Assembly: GCA_038087875.1 (NCBI GenBank)
Contig: CM075988.1
Span: 19,036,001-19,096,000, forward strand
DNA: 60,000 nucleotides
Direction of reading: 5' to 3'
From: Malacoraja senta
Taxonomy: Eukaryota
The position numbers and the translations under genes are program-made. The notes under the pieces are model-generated. The model ran no database searches, was not told where the DNA came from, and was given only the letters and a program-made list of their open reading frames with translations. Below are positions 37,313 through 50,349 of this stretch, piece by piece; positions within the stretch are counted from its first letter, which is position 1, and each line of letters opens with the position of its first letter.

Positions 37313-39162
37313 CATAGAAACATAGAAACATAGAAAATAGGTGCAGGTGTAGGCCATTCGGCCCTTCGAGCCTGCACCGCCATTCAATATGATCATGGCT
37401 GATCATCCAACTCAGTATCCTGTACCTGCTTTCTCTCCATACCCCCTGATCCCTTTAGCCACAAGGGCCACATCCAACTCCCTCTTAAATATAGCCAATG
37501 AACTGGCCTCAACTACCTTCTGTGGCAGAGAATTCCAGAGATTCACCACTCTCTGTGTGAAAAATGTTTTCCTCATCTCCTAAAAGATTTCCCCCTTATC
37601 CTTAAACTGTGACCCCTTGTTCTGGACTTCCCCAACATCGGGAAAAATCTTCCTTCATCTAGCCTGTCCAACCCCTTAAGAATTTTGTACGTTTCTGTAA
37701 GATCCCCCCTCAATCTTCTAAATTCTAGCGAGTACAAACCGAGTCTATCCAGTCTTTCTTCATATGAAAGTCCTGACATCCCAGGAATCAGTCTGGTGAA
37801 CCTTCTCTGTACTCCCTCTATGGCAAGAATGTCTTTCCTCAGATTAGGAGACCAAAACTGTATGCAATTCTTCAGGTGTAGTCTCACCAAGACCCTGTAC
37901 AACTGCAGTAGAACCTCCCTGCTCCTATACTCAAATCCTTTTGCTATGAATGCTAACATACCATTCGTCTTCTTCACTGCCTGCTGCACCTGCATGCCTA
38001 CTTTTAATGACTGGTGTACCATGACACCCAGGTCTCGTTGCATCTCCCCTTTTCCTAATCGGCCACCATTCAGATAATAGTCTACTTTCCTGTTTTTGCC
38101 ACCAAAGTGGATAACCTCACATTTATCCACATTATACTGCATCTGCCATGCATTTGCCCACTCACCCAGCCTATCCAAGTCACCTTGCAGCCTCCGAGCA
38201 TCCTCCTCACAGCTAACGCTGCCCCCCAACTTCGTGTCATCCGCAAACTTGGAGATGTTGCATTCAATTCCCTCGTCCAAATCATTAATATATATCGTAA
38301 ATAGCTGGGGTCCCAGCACTGAGCCTTGCGGTACCCCACTAGTCACTGCCTGCCATTGTGAAAAGGACCCGGTTACTCCTACTCTTTGCTTCCTGTCTGC
38401 CAGCCAGTTCTCTATCCACATCAATACTGAACCCCCAATACCGTGTGCTTTAAGTTTGTATACTAATCTCTTATGTGGGACCTTGTCGAAAGCCTTCTGA
38501 AAGTCCAGATATAACACATCCACTGGTTCTCCCTTATCCACTCTACTAGTTACATCCTCGAAAAATTCTATAAGATTCGTCAGACATGATTTACCTTTCA
38601 TAAATCCATGCTGAATTTGTCCAATGATTTCACCACTTTCCAAATGTGCTGCTATCCCATCTTTAATAACTGATTCTAGCAGTTTCCCCACTACCGACAT
38701 TAGACTAACTGGTCTGTAATTCCCCGTTTTCTCTCTCCCTCCCTTTATAAAAAGTGGGGTTACATTAGCTACCCTCCAATCCGCAGGAACTACTCCAGAA
38801 TCTAAAGAGTTTTGAAAAATTATCACTAATGCATTAAACTATTTCTGGGGCTACTTCCTTAAGTACTCTGGGACGCAGCCTATCTGGCCCTGGTGATTTA
38901 TCGGCCTTTAATCCATTCAATTTACCTAACACCACTACCCGGCTAACCTGGATTTCACACAGTTGCTCCATCTCATTTGACCTCCGGTCCCCTGCTATTT
39001 CCGGCAGATTATTTATGTCTTCCTCAGTGAAGACAGAACCAAAGTAGTTATTCAATTGGTCTGCCATATCCTTGTTCCCCATGATCAATTCACCTGTTTC
39101 TGACTGCAAGGGACCTACATTTGTTTTAACTAATCTTTTTCTCTTCACATATCTATAAAAGC
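37313..39162 (-). mobile_element. 5'-truncated CR1 LINE carrying the RT domain
   Basis: ORFs 38834-39148 and 37573-38826 (KFADDT) and a (catagaaa)n tail. It is inserted into a Rex1-like fragment, with ttca at both junctions. Confidence 0.95.
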
Positions 39163-39977
39163 TTCAGGGACAGTTTCTTCTCAGCTGTTATCAGGCAAAA
39201 CTGAACAGTCCCCTCATCAGCTAGAGTGTGGTTCTGACCTCCCATCTACCTCATTGGAGACATTTGAACTATCTTTAATTGGATTTTATCTTACACTAAA
39301 TGTTGTACCCTTCATCCTTTGTCCAAGCACTGTAATCATGTATAGTCTTTTCTTTGACTGGAGAGCACGCAAACAAAAGATTTTCACTGTACCTTGGTAC
39401 ACGTGATAATAACAATAAACAATACTAAACTGAAGTAAACACGCTAAACAAGACCCTAAATTAAACATATAGACACCGCGAACTGCAGGTATTGGTTTAG
39501 TAAATAAAAGACACAAAGTGCTGAAGTATGTCAGAGATACTGGTCCGGCAGCAACTGCGGAGAACATGGATTGGAGAAGTTTTGGGTCAGGACATGGAAT
39601 GTCACCGATCCATGTTCTCCAGAGATGCTGCCTGACCCGCTGAATTACTCCATCACTTTGTGTCATAAATTGAGCATATATTATTAACAAATTAAACATA
39701 ATTGCTGATAGATAGTGAAAAACAAAAAGCCCTCAAAAAAGAAGACATTAGTGGAAGACACACAAATTCGAAAGCCGGTTCATGGTCGTGCAAGAGGCAG
39801 TCAATAGTGTTCCAATGCCACTGTCCCAATGCCTAAATCCTGGTCATTTTTTAAATTGCTGAATATGTTTTTTTAAGCACCAAACACTGGAGACCATCAT
39901 TTCCTCACTTGCTTTGAGGAGGAGCAAGAAATGTAGCGCAGAGGGATCTCGGAGTACAAGTAAATCATTCTTGAAAG

Positions 39978-40427
39978 CATCTGGGACCTCAACGCCTGTT
40001 CTCTCATCGCCCCCTCTCCCATCACGCAGCGACCCTCTGTGGCTCCGGTTTCAACACACTAGGAGCATGGAGAACCAGCTGGGAACAGACTGCACGACCT
40101 CCGCAATTCGCTGTTGCACCGAACACCACAGCCCCACCCGGCTCGGACCTGCCCCGCAAAGAGTGGGTCGCCCGCCCTGAACCGGCTCCGTACAGGGGTC
40201 GGCCGGTTCAACGCCAACATGCGTCGCTGGGGGCTGCGTTCATCAGCAGCCTGCGTGTGTGGAGCAGACCAGCAAACAGCGCAGCAGCACGGCATTTTCT
40301 ACTGCGCTGTCCTCTGCCCCCCTGGTGGAGGGGTAGACCTCACGGCCCTCGACAACAGCACATTGAACTGGCTACAGCACCTGGAGGGCGTCACATAACC
40401 TCTGCTGCCTCAAATGCAAGAAGAAGA
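39978..40427 (+). mobile_element. Ingi/Vingi-like LINE 3' fragment
   Basis: PGSDLPRKEW…LNRLRTGVGRF..NMRRWGL..SAACVCGA.QQTAQ.H…C…WL*, then a very short 3' UTR and a caagaagaaga tail. Confidence 0.65.
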
Positions 40428-40930
40428 TGAGTCCTGAGTGGCATTGCAGGTAGATAAGGGTGGTGAAGAAGGTTCTTGGCAAGGCTTGTCTTTGGCAGTA
40501 AGTTGCAACTTTAAGGGAAGTTGGCAATGTTGATGAGGAATATCGAGCAAATTCTGAAGTTCCTGGGATGGAATCTACCTGCACTCCTGTGGATTTGAGG
40601 AGATAAATGTATGTGAATCACGCAGTGAACCTCTTGTTCTTCTGGTAGCCACAATCTGTGCAGGCAGTGCATGTTTGGAATGTTCTTAATCTGGTTCTGA
40701 AGTAAGAGTCAACAAGAGGAGTGTTTCATGCCGAGGGGAAGACTTTGATGTTACACATGCCGATGCAACATCAGTTATCTTCCCATCAGTCCCATGAGTC
40801 CCCAGTAGTTCAGCCACCTGGAATAATGAGTTGTTGAAACAAAGAGCTACAGATGCAGATTTCTACCGGGGTAACAGTGCAGGGTGGCACAGTGGCGCAG
40901 CAGTAGAGTTGCAGTAGAGTTGCTGCCTTA

Positions 40931-41246
40931 TGGGTCTGTCCCACTGTACGAGCTCATTCAAGAGTTCTCCCGAGTTTGCCCCGATTCGAACTCGGAGATT
41001 TACGGTAATGGCCGCTCGTGGGTACTCGGGTATCTCGTGGACATTTTTCAACATGTTGAAAAATCTTCACGAGTCTTCCTGAGCTTACCGCGTTTCCCGA
41101 GTACCTGCCATTAGCGTTACGAGCCGCTAAGAGATGTCCCGAGCTCCGACGTACCCGCTACGTACATTCTACGTGCTTCCACGAGTTTCTTTTTTTTAAA
41201 AACTCGGTAGAGCTCTTGAATGAGCTCGTGCAGTGGGACAGCCCCA
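40931..41246. mobile_element. Complete PIF/Harbinger-like MITE inside an HE1 SINE
   Basis: 34-bp TIRs (tgggtctgtcccactgtacgagctcattcaagag, 2 mismatches) and a TTA TSD (40928-40930 / 41247-41249). Confidence 0.9.
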
Positions 41247-43824
41247 TTACAGCACCAGAGACCCGGGTTTGAGCCTGACTATGGGTGCTGTCTGTCCATA
41301 GTTTGTACGTTCTCTATGAGTAAGTCCTATCCTGCCCAACCTCTCCCTACAGCTCGGACCCTCGGGTCCTGGCAACATTTGTGTAAAGCTTCTCTGAGCT
41401 CTTTCCAGCTTAATGGCAGTGTTCATGTGTTTTTCAGAGGAGCAGAGAGCTGTACTGCAATTATACTGTGTTAACCCAACCAGACCAGGCTGGGACTGAA
41501 CATATGATTACTCAGGTCCAGGATTCACTGATGGCATCTGCAGCCACAGTGTATCAGAGAAGATGTTCATCGCAAGAGGCAACTATAGCATCTACCTGCC
41601 CTTTGTGATGTGTTGGACAGAATACAAGACATTAGCTCCACTTTTCGCAGATAATTTTAAAATCAACATTCAAACATTGATTCATCGGTGAAGAAGCATT
41701 TAATTAAACTGTAATAAACAAATTTCACCTTCAAAGTTTCAATTTAAGTTTGAACCAAACAAACGCAAACTCCCGAATCGTTCAATTTCTGCCTGGAAAA
41801 TGGATTCTGTAACTAGAAATATGACTTATTAAATGCAAGCACCATCAATAGTAGCCCTTCGAGCTGATTTTAGAGCCAGAATAATTATCCGCAAACTATT
41901 CATTTTATAAACAGTTTTTTCCATTTTACGGAGAACAATTTTTATTTCACTACATTGACTGATTAGTCGAAGGCAGCCATTCCACAAGAAAGTCTAAATA
42001 CATCTTAGGTTTCTGACATGTTATTACACTGCATATCGAAATATGTTCGTTTAAACCATATTTCATGTGTTTTGTTGTACAGCCAGGAGTTTGAATGGGA
42101 ACAAGTAGAATCCAGTCCCCATTTGATGTGCTGAACTAACTCATTGAATTGAACATTACTTGGAGTTTATGAAATGAGAAAGAATGTTAATCAATGTTTC
42201 TTTCTGATTTTTTAACCTTCCATCAGCTTCCCTTCATAAACAAATGTCACAAAGTGAGAAATCCCAGCGAGAAGAATAGTTACACAAGGAACTGCAGATG
42301 CTGGAAACTTGAGCAAAACACAAAGTGCTGGCGGAGCTTAACTGGTCAAGCAGCATCAGTGGAGGGAATTAACGGACAGTGTTTTAGGTCAATGCCTATC
42401 TTCAGAGAGATGTCGTAGGGGGGAGAAAACTGGAAAAGAGAGGCAGGGTCGGGCAAAGATTGATACAGGTGAGAGGGGTTATTGTGTAGGAAGGAACTGC
42501 AGATGCTGGTTTACTCCGAAGATGGAGGCAAAATGTTGGATTAACTCAACGGGTCAGGCAGCATGGAGTAGGCGACGTTTCGGGTCGATACCCTTCTTCA
42601 GCAATTTGTGTCTATGTGCTGAGAGGGGTTGTTGATTGGGCAGATGGGAGGAGTAAGTGACAAAGGTTACAGGTGAAAAGGAGACGAAAGGCAGTCGGAT
42701 AAGGGAATAAGAGGAGGGGTGAAATGTAAGGCTGGAGGGAAGCGGGAGTCAAAAGTCCCGAGTGTTGAATTGTCATATGTACTGACAACCAACAATGAAA
42801 TTCTCACCTACAGCAACATAACAGGCCTGTAAAAACAATACTCCTAGATAACATATACAAAAAAATCAATCAATTAATAATCACAATACTAGTGCACAAA
42901 AGCCGTAGTCCTTAGTGCAACCAAAGACAGTATATAGTTCATAGTTGGGCAAAGAGCCTGATGGTTGTTGGGAAGAAGCTGATAATGAACCTAGAGGCCA
43001 TGATAATGAACCTAGAGGCCACCTCCTTCCTGATGGTTGCAGTGAGATGAGAGCGTGGCCAGGGTAGTGTGGGTCTTAGATGATATTGGCTGCCCTTTTG
43101 AGGCAGCGTCTCAATAGGAGGAATGTGGGAGAAGGGAATGGTTGGGTGTAGGGAAAGGGGGGGGGGTGTGGGAATAATCGTGGTGTAGTTTCTTCTTTTC
43201 TCTCTTATTCTTACTTGCAATGTGTGGGTCAGTGAGCTTAAGGTCAATTATTCGGCCTCCAAGAGGTATTAGATCTCAAACACGTTGCTCCGTGCTGGAG
43301 TCGGGAATCATGGCAAATTGACTTTTTCCCGTTTCCGCGCTGTATCTCTAAACTAAACTTAAAATAAAATACAATAGCAATCATATTTTGAACACATTGG
43401 CTGGAAAACATGGACTATTTTGAAAGGGATCCCAAAATTCAAGAAACACAAGGAACTGCAGATGTTGGAATCTTGAGCAAAACACAAAGTGCTGGAGGAA
43501 CTCTGTGGTCAGGCAGCATCTGTAGAGGGGAAGGACAGATGATGTTTCAAGTCGCGACCCTTCTGCATGCTGATGGAGTAGGCGGGAGAAAACAGGAAGA
43601 GACAATTGAGGGCAGGACAAAGCCTGGCAAGCGATAGGTGGATACAGGTGAGGGGGCAGAGGGTTGAGTAAGTGACAAAGGCTGGTGGTGAAAAGGAGAC
43701 AAGATGGTGTTGGAAAAGGAGTGAAGAGGAGGAGAGAAATGTAAATCATTTTTGTTAAACCAAGCCCTTTTTGTTCATCCACATCCTCAAAAGAAACCCA
43801 ACATCTCTGCTTTGAAGATACTTT

Positions 43825-44155
43825 GGGCGGCACCGTGGCTCAATGCTAGAGTTGTTGCGTTACAGCGATTGCAGCGCCGGAGACCCGGGTTCGATCCCGA
43901 CTACGGATGCTGCCTAAAAGGAGTTTGTACATTCTCCCGGTGACCACGTGGGTTTTCTCTGAGATCTTGGGTTTCCTCCCACACTCCAAAGACGTTTACC
44001 GGTATGTAGGTAAATTGGCTTGGAATAAGTGTAAATTGTCCCCATTGTGTGTAAGATAGTGTTAATGTGCGGGGATCGCTGGTCGGTGCGGATTCGGTGG
44101 GCCGAAGGGCCTGTTTCTGCGCTGTATCTCAAAACTAACACTAAACTAAACTAAA
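43825..44155 (+). mobile_element. HE1-like V-SINE with 16-bp flanking duplication
   Basis: atctctgctttgaaga at 43803-43818 and 44156-44171. Confidence 0.88.
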
Positions 44156-44424
44156 ATCTCTGCTTTGAAGAAAAAGAAAGGAATTCTCCCCAATATGATG
44201 TTTCAGATGTGCAAGTTTAGTATAGGATTTTACTTCGGAGTCACGTGAGTGACTATGTGAAGAACCCGTCAGGGCGCATGCGCGACATATCGTCTAACGC
44301 ATTGTGCAGCGACTGGCGGGGAGGAGCATTCCCCGCAGCGGTAAGCTTAAAACCAGAGACCTACAGGTAAGTACTTACTCTGAGGTCGTTTGGAGTCTCC
44401 TTCTGTGTTACAGGAAGAACCACC

Positions 44425-45637
44425 ATGGACAGGACTCATACAAAGTCCAAACGGGCCGCTAAAAAACTGGCTGAGGAGGACCGCGAGAGCACAGGGAGCC
44501 AGCAGCGGCCGACTGCAGCATCGCTATCTATGCGATCAGCAGTCTCTGTCCCGGCACCTGTGCAGTCTGGGTCACCACAGGCTGACAACAACGCCAAACG
44601 GAAGCAGGGCAACGCACATGGACTCCGAAGTATCGGGCCATGAGCAAACGCCGCTGGCAGACAGCGACAGTGGTCGCATATCCCGTCTGGAGTGGCTAGT
44701 GGAGCCATTGCTTCACCATGACACACTCCGGGAGAAGGAGTCACGTCACTACGGGCCTCCTAGGACGCCCATGGCAGCACCTTTTTCAGGGCTGCACAAT
44801 GTATCTCCCTCGACAGAGGGGAGCATTGGGAGTCATTTCTGGGCTGACTCCGTACAAGGGTTGGCTGAAGATACCTCAAGTATGCTGGTGGTGCCAGAAG
44901 AGAAGATGCTGGGAATGGTAACGAAGTTTGCGGTGCCTCCACAGTCAGGGCAGCCACTGCAACCAGAACTAGCAGCCAGCATTGACTACCTTTCAACCCA
45001 TCAATTACAGGAACAGGCGCTCAATGAAACCACTGCAAAATAGCTGGCACCAGGGAACTCTATCTCACTCAATGTTCCAGCAGTGAATACCTCCATCTGG
45101 GGACATATTGGTGCAGGTATAAGGGCACAGGAGGTGCAGATGCAGAAGATCCTCAAACTTCTAGCTTCGGGGATTACAGCATTTGCCCGATCGGTGGATG
45201 ACTCGGAAATGACAGAGGCTCAGCAAGATGCTCTGGCGCTCCTCTGCAATACGCAGTTTGAGATCAACTGCTTCCGAAAAACCGCCATCCGCCCAGCCTT
45301 GAACCCCAAATTTGCGGCTCTGTGCAAGACCAACACCACACAGCCGCCAATTTTGTTATTCGGGGGCAACTTTCCCAAACAGGTTAAAGACCTGGATGAA
45401 GAGGCGAAAGCCGCCGGGCTCATTAAGGCTCCATCGGGCAAAACACCTCGGCGACAGCACCCCTACGCATCCACCAGCAGGCCACGTCACGTCGAAGCTG
45501 GTGAAAGCTGGAAGGCCGCATCTCAAGGACAGCAGAGGTCTTTTTTAGACCGCTGCCCAGAGCGACCTTTGTGGAACATGCGCCAACCCCGAACTCCAGC
45601 ATCTCAACCGGCCAAGAAACAGAAGAAGAAGAGATGA
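44425..45637 (+). pseudogene. DIRS gag-like ORF1 (frameshift and stop)
   Basis: MDRTHTKSKR… and QKILKLLASGIT…QFEINCFRKTAIRPALNPKFAALC…LFG. Homologous to the ORF at 54240-55497. Confidence 0.75.
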
Positions 45638-47524
45638 ACACCCCACTGGTAACCATGGAGGTAGGTGGGTCTGGTTCCTCCCAGGACACAGCAGGTGCAA
45701 GGGATACACTTGTTCGGGGTAGGTTGCACTTGTTTTGGGAGGCATGGAGCTCTATAACCTCTGATTCTTATATACTGCATAGTGTTCAAGGATACGAAAT
45801 TGAATTCATAAACAAACACCTTCCTCCGGTTCAGCATGCACCCAGCAGATCATTTATGCTATCACAACAAGAGAAGTTGGATGGTCATGCTGAACGTAAG
45901 AGGCTATATGCTAAAGGTGTAATTGAGAGATCTCAATATGACTCTCTAGAATTTGTGTCAAACATTTTCACAAAAAAGAAAAAGGATGGTGGGTGTCGCA
46001 TCATCATCGATTTGACAAAACTGAACACATTTGTGCAGTATACTCATTTCAAAATGGAAACCTTTGTCACGGCCAAACAATTGATTTCCGAAGGCTACTT
46101 CATGGCATGCATCGATTTAAAAGATGCATACTATTTGGTGCCTATACACAAGGATCAACGCCGATATCTGAAGTTTAACTGGATGGGGCAGCTTTGGCAG
46201 TACAAAGCACTGCCTAATGGGTTGACCTCAGCCTCCAGACTGTTCACCAAATTACTGAAACCAGCTCTGGCGTTTCTTCGGAAACAAAAACATATTGTCA
46301 TGGCGTATTTAGATGACATACTAATCGTGGATAAAACCTACAAATTAGCCAAAACAGCTGTTACAGCTACCATATGTCTGTTTGAGAAACTGGGGTTTAT
46401 CATCCACGACTATGGACTATTTGGGATTCACCATTAATTCAGTTCACATGACTGTGACTTTGCCTAGGGGCAAGGGAACTGAATTAATGGAAGTTTGCAG
46501 CAACCTTGCTGTCATCAGTCAACCATCCATCAGACAAGTAGCTAGGGTGATTGGCAAACTCGTAGCTGCTTTTCCAGCCACACAGTTTGGACCTTTGCAC
46601 TACCAAACATTACAGAGAGCAAAGGTGCAAGCACTTAAACATCATGCTGGTCATTTCGACAGACCAATGCAATTACCAACAAAAGCTATTTTGGAACTCC
46701 GATGGTAGATGCATAACATCCGGCGTTCCTTCAGCTCCATTATTATTAGCAACCCGTCAGTTGTATTACAGACTGATGCCAGCGCTCAAGGTTGGGGTGC
46801 CACCAACACCATCTCCAGTTGTGGTGGCAGATGGGATGCGCATGAATCATCTCTACTTTATACACTTGGTATAAATTATTTGGAAATGTTGGGAGCATTC
46901 TATGGTCTGAATGCATACTGTTCAAAAATGCATCATCTGCATGTTCGCCTGCAAATAGATATTACCACTGTGGTGGCCTATATTAATCACATGGGTGGAA
47001 TCAGATCGATATCATGTGATGATCTGGCCAATTCAATCTGGCAATGGTGTATCAACAGAAACATTTGGATATCTGCTATTTACCTACCAGGTAAACTCAA
47101 TTCAGTGGCAGACACCAGGTCACGAAAATTTAATGACAACACCGAATGGATGTTGGACCCCAAAGTGTTTGCAGACATCATAGCATGATATGGAACACCA
47201 GATATCGATCTATTTGCATCTAAGCTTAACCACCAGTTGCCGACATATGTTGCGTGGGAACCAGACCCTGGGGCAGCAGCGATGGACGCATTTTCGCTGC
47301 ACTGGGGAAATTTGTTTTTCTATGCATTTCCCCCTTTCTGCCTCAACAGTCGGGTCTTACGCAAAATACAACAAGACTCTGCGTCAGGTATTTTGGTAGT
47401 ACCCGACTGGCCTACCATGGTTCCCTGTGGTTCTCGACATGGTTTCAGAACCATGTATGGCCGTCGCCAAACGACCAGACTTGATGGTCCATCCTGTAAC
47501 AGGCGAAAGTCATCCATGCCATGA
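45571..47524 (+). pseudogene. DIRS pol: RT, RNase H and Dam-like methyltransferase domain (disrupted)
   Basis: KKDGGCRIIIDL, IDLKDAY, YLDD (46306-46317), TDAS…GWG, INYLE, NSVADTRSR and DLFAS…DAF…YAFPPF. Confidence 0.92.
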
Positions 47525-47542
47525 CAGGACTAATCTGTTAAT

Positions 47543-48525
47543 TTGCAGAATTTGAACAGGCCACTTCTGGATCTTGGACTGACGGACCGAACCATCAACA
47601 TGATCACAGCGGCGCAAAGAGAGTCTACCAGGAAACAGTACCTGACTTACATCAGGAAATGGGAACTAAATTGTTCCAGGACTAATATTGAGTATAACTC
47701 AGCCACTGTAACTAATGTCCTGGAGTTCCTCGCTAACCTTCATTTCGATGAAGGACTTAGCTACAGTGCCATCAACAGCGCCAGGAGTGCCCTATCCACC
47801 TATTTGTGGCGGGGATTCGACCACCATTCACTGGGATCTCACCCCTTGGTTTCCAAATTAATGAGGGGTATATTCAACTCCAATCCCCCTAGGGTCAGAT
47901 ACTCTCACATTTGGGATGTGAGTATTGTTTTGACGTTGCTTCGAGGTTGGTCACCAGCAACGTCCCTGTCCCTGGAGAAACTTACCCTTAAGTTGGTAAT
48001 GCTGATGGCACTGGTCTCGGCCCAGTGGGTGCAATCTTTACACAAATTACGACTGGACTCGATGGCTAAAGGGACGAATGGTATAACTTTTTATATCCTT
48101 GAATTGGTAAAACAAAACAGGCCTGGGTCATCCGGCCTTAAACTAGAGTTTCGAGCATACCCTACAGATGTTCGCCTATGCGTCATGACACATCTGTTAC
48201 TATACGTTGAGCTAACAGCTAAAGTAAGAGGCCAAAAATTGGCACTATTAGTGAGCCACAAAAGACCTCACAATAGGGTATCGACCCAAACTATATCTAG
48301 ATGGCTTCAACAGGTTTTGGGGTCTGCAGGGGTGGATACTGATATTTTCAAATCTCATTCCACCAGGGCTGCAGCCACATCGGCAGCACAGCAGATGGAG
48401 GTTCCAATGGATCACATCCTGGGTACGGCAGGATGGTCCAGGGAGAAGACCTTTCAATAATTTTATAATAAGCCAGTTGCCAAACCTGCGACTTTTGCAG
48501 ACACTATTTTGAGTTCTATTTTATA
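47543..48525 (+). pseudogene. DIRS tyrosine recombinase (premature stop at 48458)
   Basis: INSARSALS, HPLVSKLMRG, WDV, HSTRAAATS and AGWS…F*(*)FY. Confidence 0.9.
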
Positions 48526-49211
48526 ATACACCCCGAAGGACAGGGGTCATTATTATAATTTGTGTTAATAAATCACTCATTGTTTCTTTTTAACCATTGT
48601 ATCATGTCTGCATTTGTTAACATACTTCCTCCTCAGTCTACGACAGCAGGGTGTGAAGCATGGACTCGTTCCGTGGCATGAAATCACAGAGCTTTAAAAT
48701 CTTCACGTAGTCACTCACGTGACTCTGAAGTATAATAGTAAGATTAAACGAGAACTTACCAGTTTGAAGTTTGATCTTTATTTTATGAGGAGTTACGTTG
48801 AGGGATTACATGCCCTCCACGCCCACCCTCTATTATAAAGGTCAGCTGGTATTATGGTTCTTATCTTACTATGTTAATTCGACTACCGTATCTGTGATTT
48901 CACACCACTGCTTTGAAGATTGTCGCGCATGCGCCCTGACGGGTTCTTCACGTAATCCCTCAACGTAACTCCTCATAAAATAAAGATCAAACTTAAAACT
49001 GGTAAGTTCTCGTTTAATCTTACTATTAGCACAGGTGAGTTTGAGATGGTTGGTGAGAATGTGTTTTAACTGAAGGGCCTGGTCTGTGCTGTGTGACTCC
49101 ATCTAGCTATCTGACAGGGGATGTATATTAAAAAGGACAACATTGTTTGGTTAATCTGCCTATACATAAAATTAAAGAGACATTTTGTGCAGGTACACGA
49201 AAAGGATAAGA

Positions 49212-49511
49212 CGGCACGGTGGCGCAGCGGCAGATTTGCTGCCTTACAGCGCCAGAGACCCAGGTTTGATCCTGGCAACGGGTGTTGCCTGCACAGAGCT
49301 TGTACGTTCTCCGTGGGTTTTCTCCGAGATCTTCGGTTTCCTCCCACACTCCAAAGTCGTACAGGTTTGTCGGTTAATTGGCTTGGTATAAATATAAAAA
49401 TTGTGCCTAGTGTGTGTAGGGTAGTGTTAATGTGCGGGGATCGCTGGTCGATGCGGACCTGGTGGGCCGAAGTGCCTGATTCTGTGCTGTATCTCTACAC
49501 TGAACTAAACT
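49212..49511 (+). mobile_element. HE1-like V-SINE
   Basis: Head, V-domain and tail are present. Confidence 0.85.
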
Positions 49512-50077
49512 ACGAGATATGAATCAAACGCAGGCAAAGGAGACCATCTCAGCTAGGCTTCTTGGTCAGCATGAATGAGTTGGGCTGAAGGGCCTGGATC
49601 TGAGCTGTACGGCTCCATGATTCTGAAAGTCCTGTGAAATTCTGGTTGTTATCAAGCTAGCTGCACTGGACGCAAGGATAGGCTTTCAATATTATTTATC
49701 ATCAACTGTGTAAAGGAGAAAAAACACCGGATCAATGTTTTTTTATGAAAACACTCATCCTCATTTAGATGGTCAAGTCTCTTCAAATTTGTCTTTGAGC
49801 ATTTGATTCAATGATCATTCAGTGGGGGAAGTTCAGCAATGAACTAGTAAAGTTACCCAAATGCAATAATCAGGGAAAGGAGGTTAGTTGAGCAGGGATT
49901 TGAATCCAGGTTCCTGGCACCAGAGCTGTAATTATCATTGAAATATGACTTGCGTATTATAGATCACTGCTGTCATTCACAATCATTTCTTGAGTGCAAA
50001 AATAGCACAATATTGTCATCTTGAGACATTCAGCCAGATATATGTGGATAGAAGGATTTAGGGGGTTTAAACGTTAA

Positions 50078-50349
50078 ACTTTAGAAATACGGCACAGAAA
50101 GGGGGCCCTTTGGCCCACCGAGTCCGTGCCGACCAGCGATCACCCCGTACACTAGCACTACCCTACACACTAGAGACAATTTACAATTTTACTGAAGCCA
50201 ATTAACCTACAAACCTGGACGTCTTTGGAGTGTGGGGGAAAGCCAGAGCATGCAGAGAAAACCCACGGGGTCAGCACCCGAAGTCAGGATTGAACCCGGG
50301 TCTTTGGCGCTGTAAGGCAGCAACTCTACCGCTGTGCCACCATGCCGCA
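50078..50349 (-). mobile_element. HE1-like V-SINE
   Basis: Reverse-complement copy. Confidence 0.82.

Larger units (their letters stand above)
44227..49027 (+). mobile_element. DIRS1-like tyrosine-recombinase retrotransposon A (full length, inactive)
   Basis: Inverted termini, an internal complementary region (~48700-48809) matching both ends, ATT at both junctions, and gag, RT, RNase H, methyltransferase and YR coding remnants. Confidence 0.95.
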
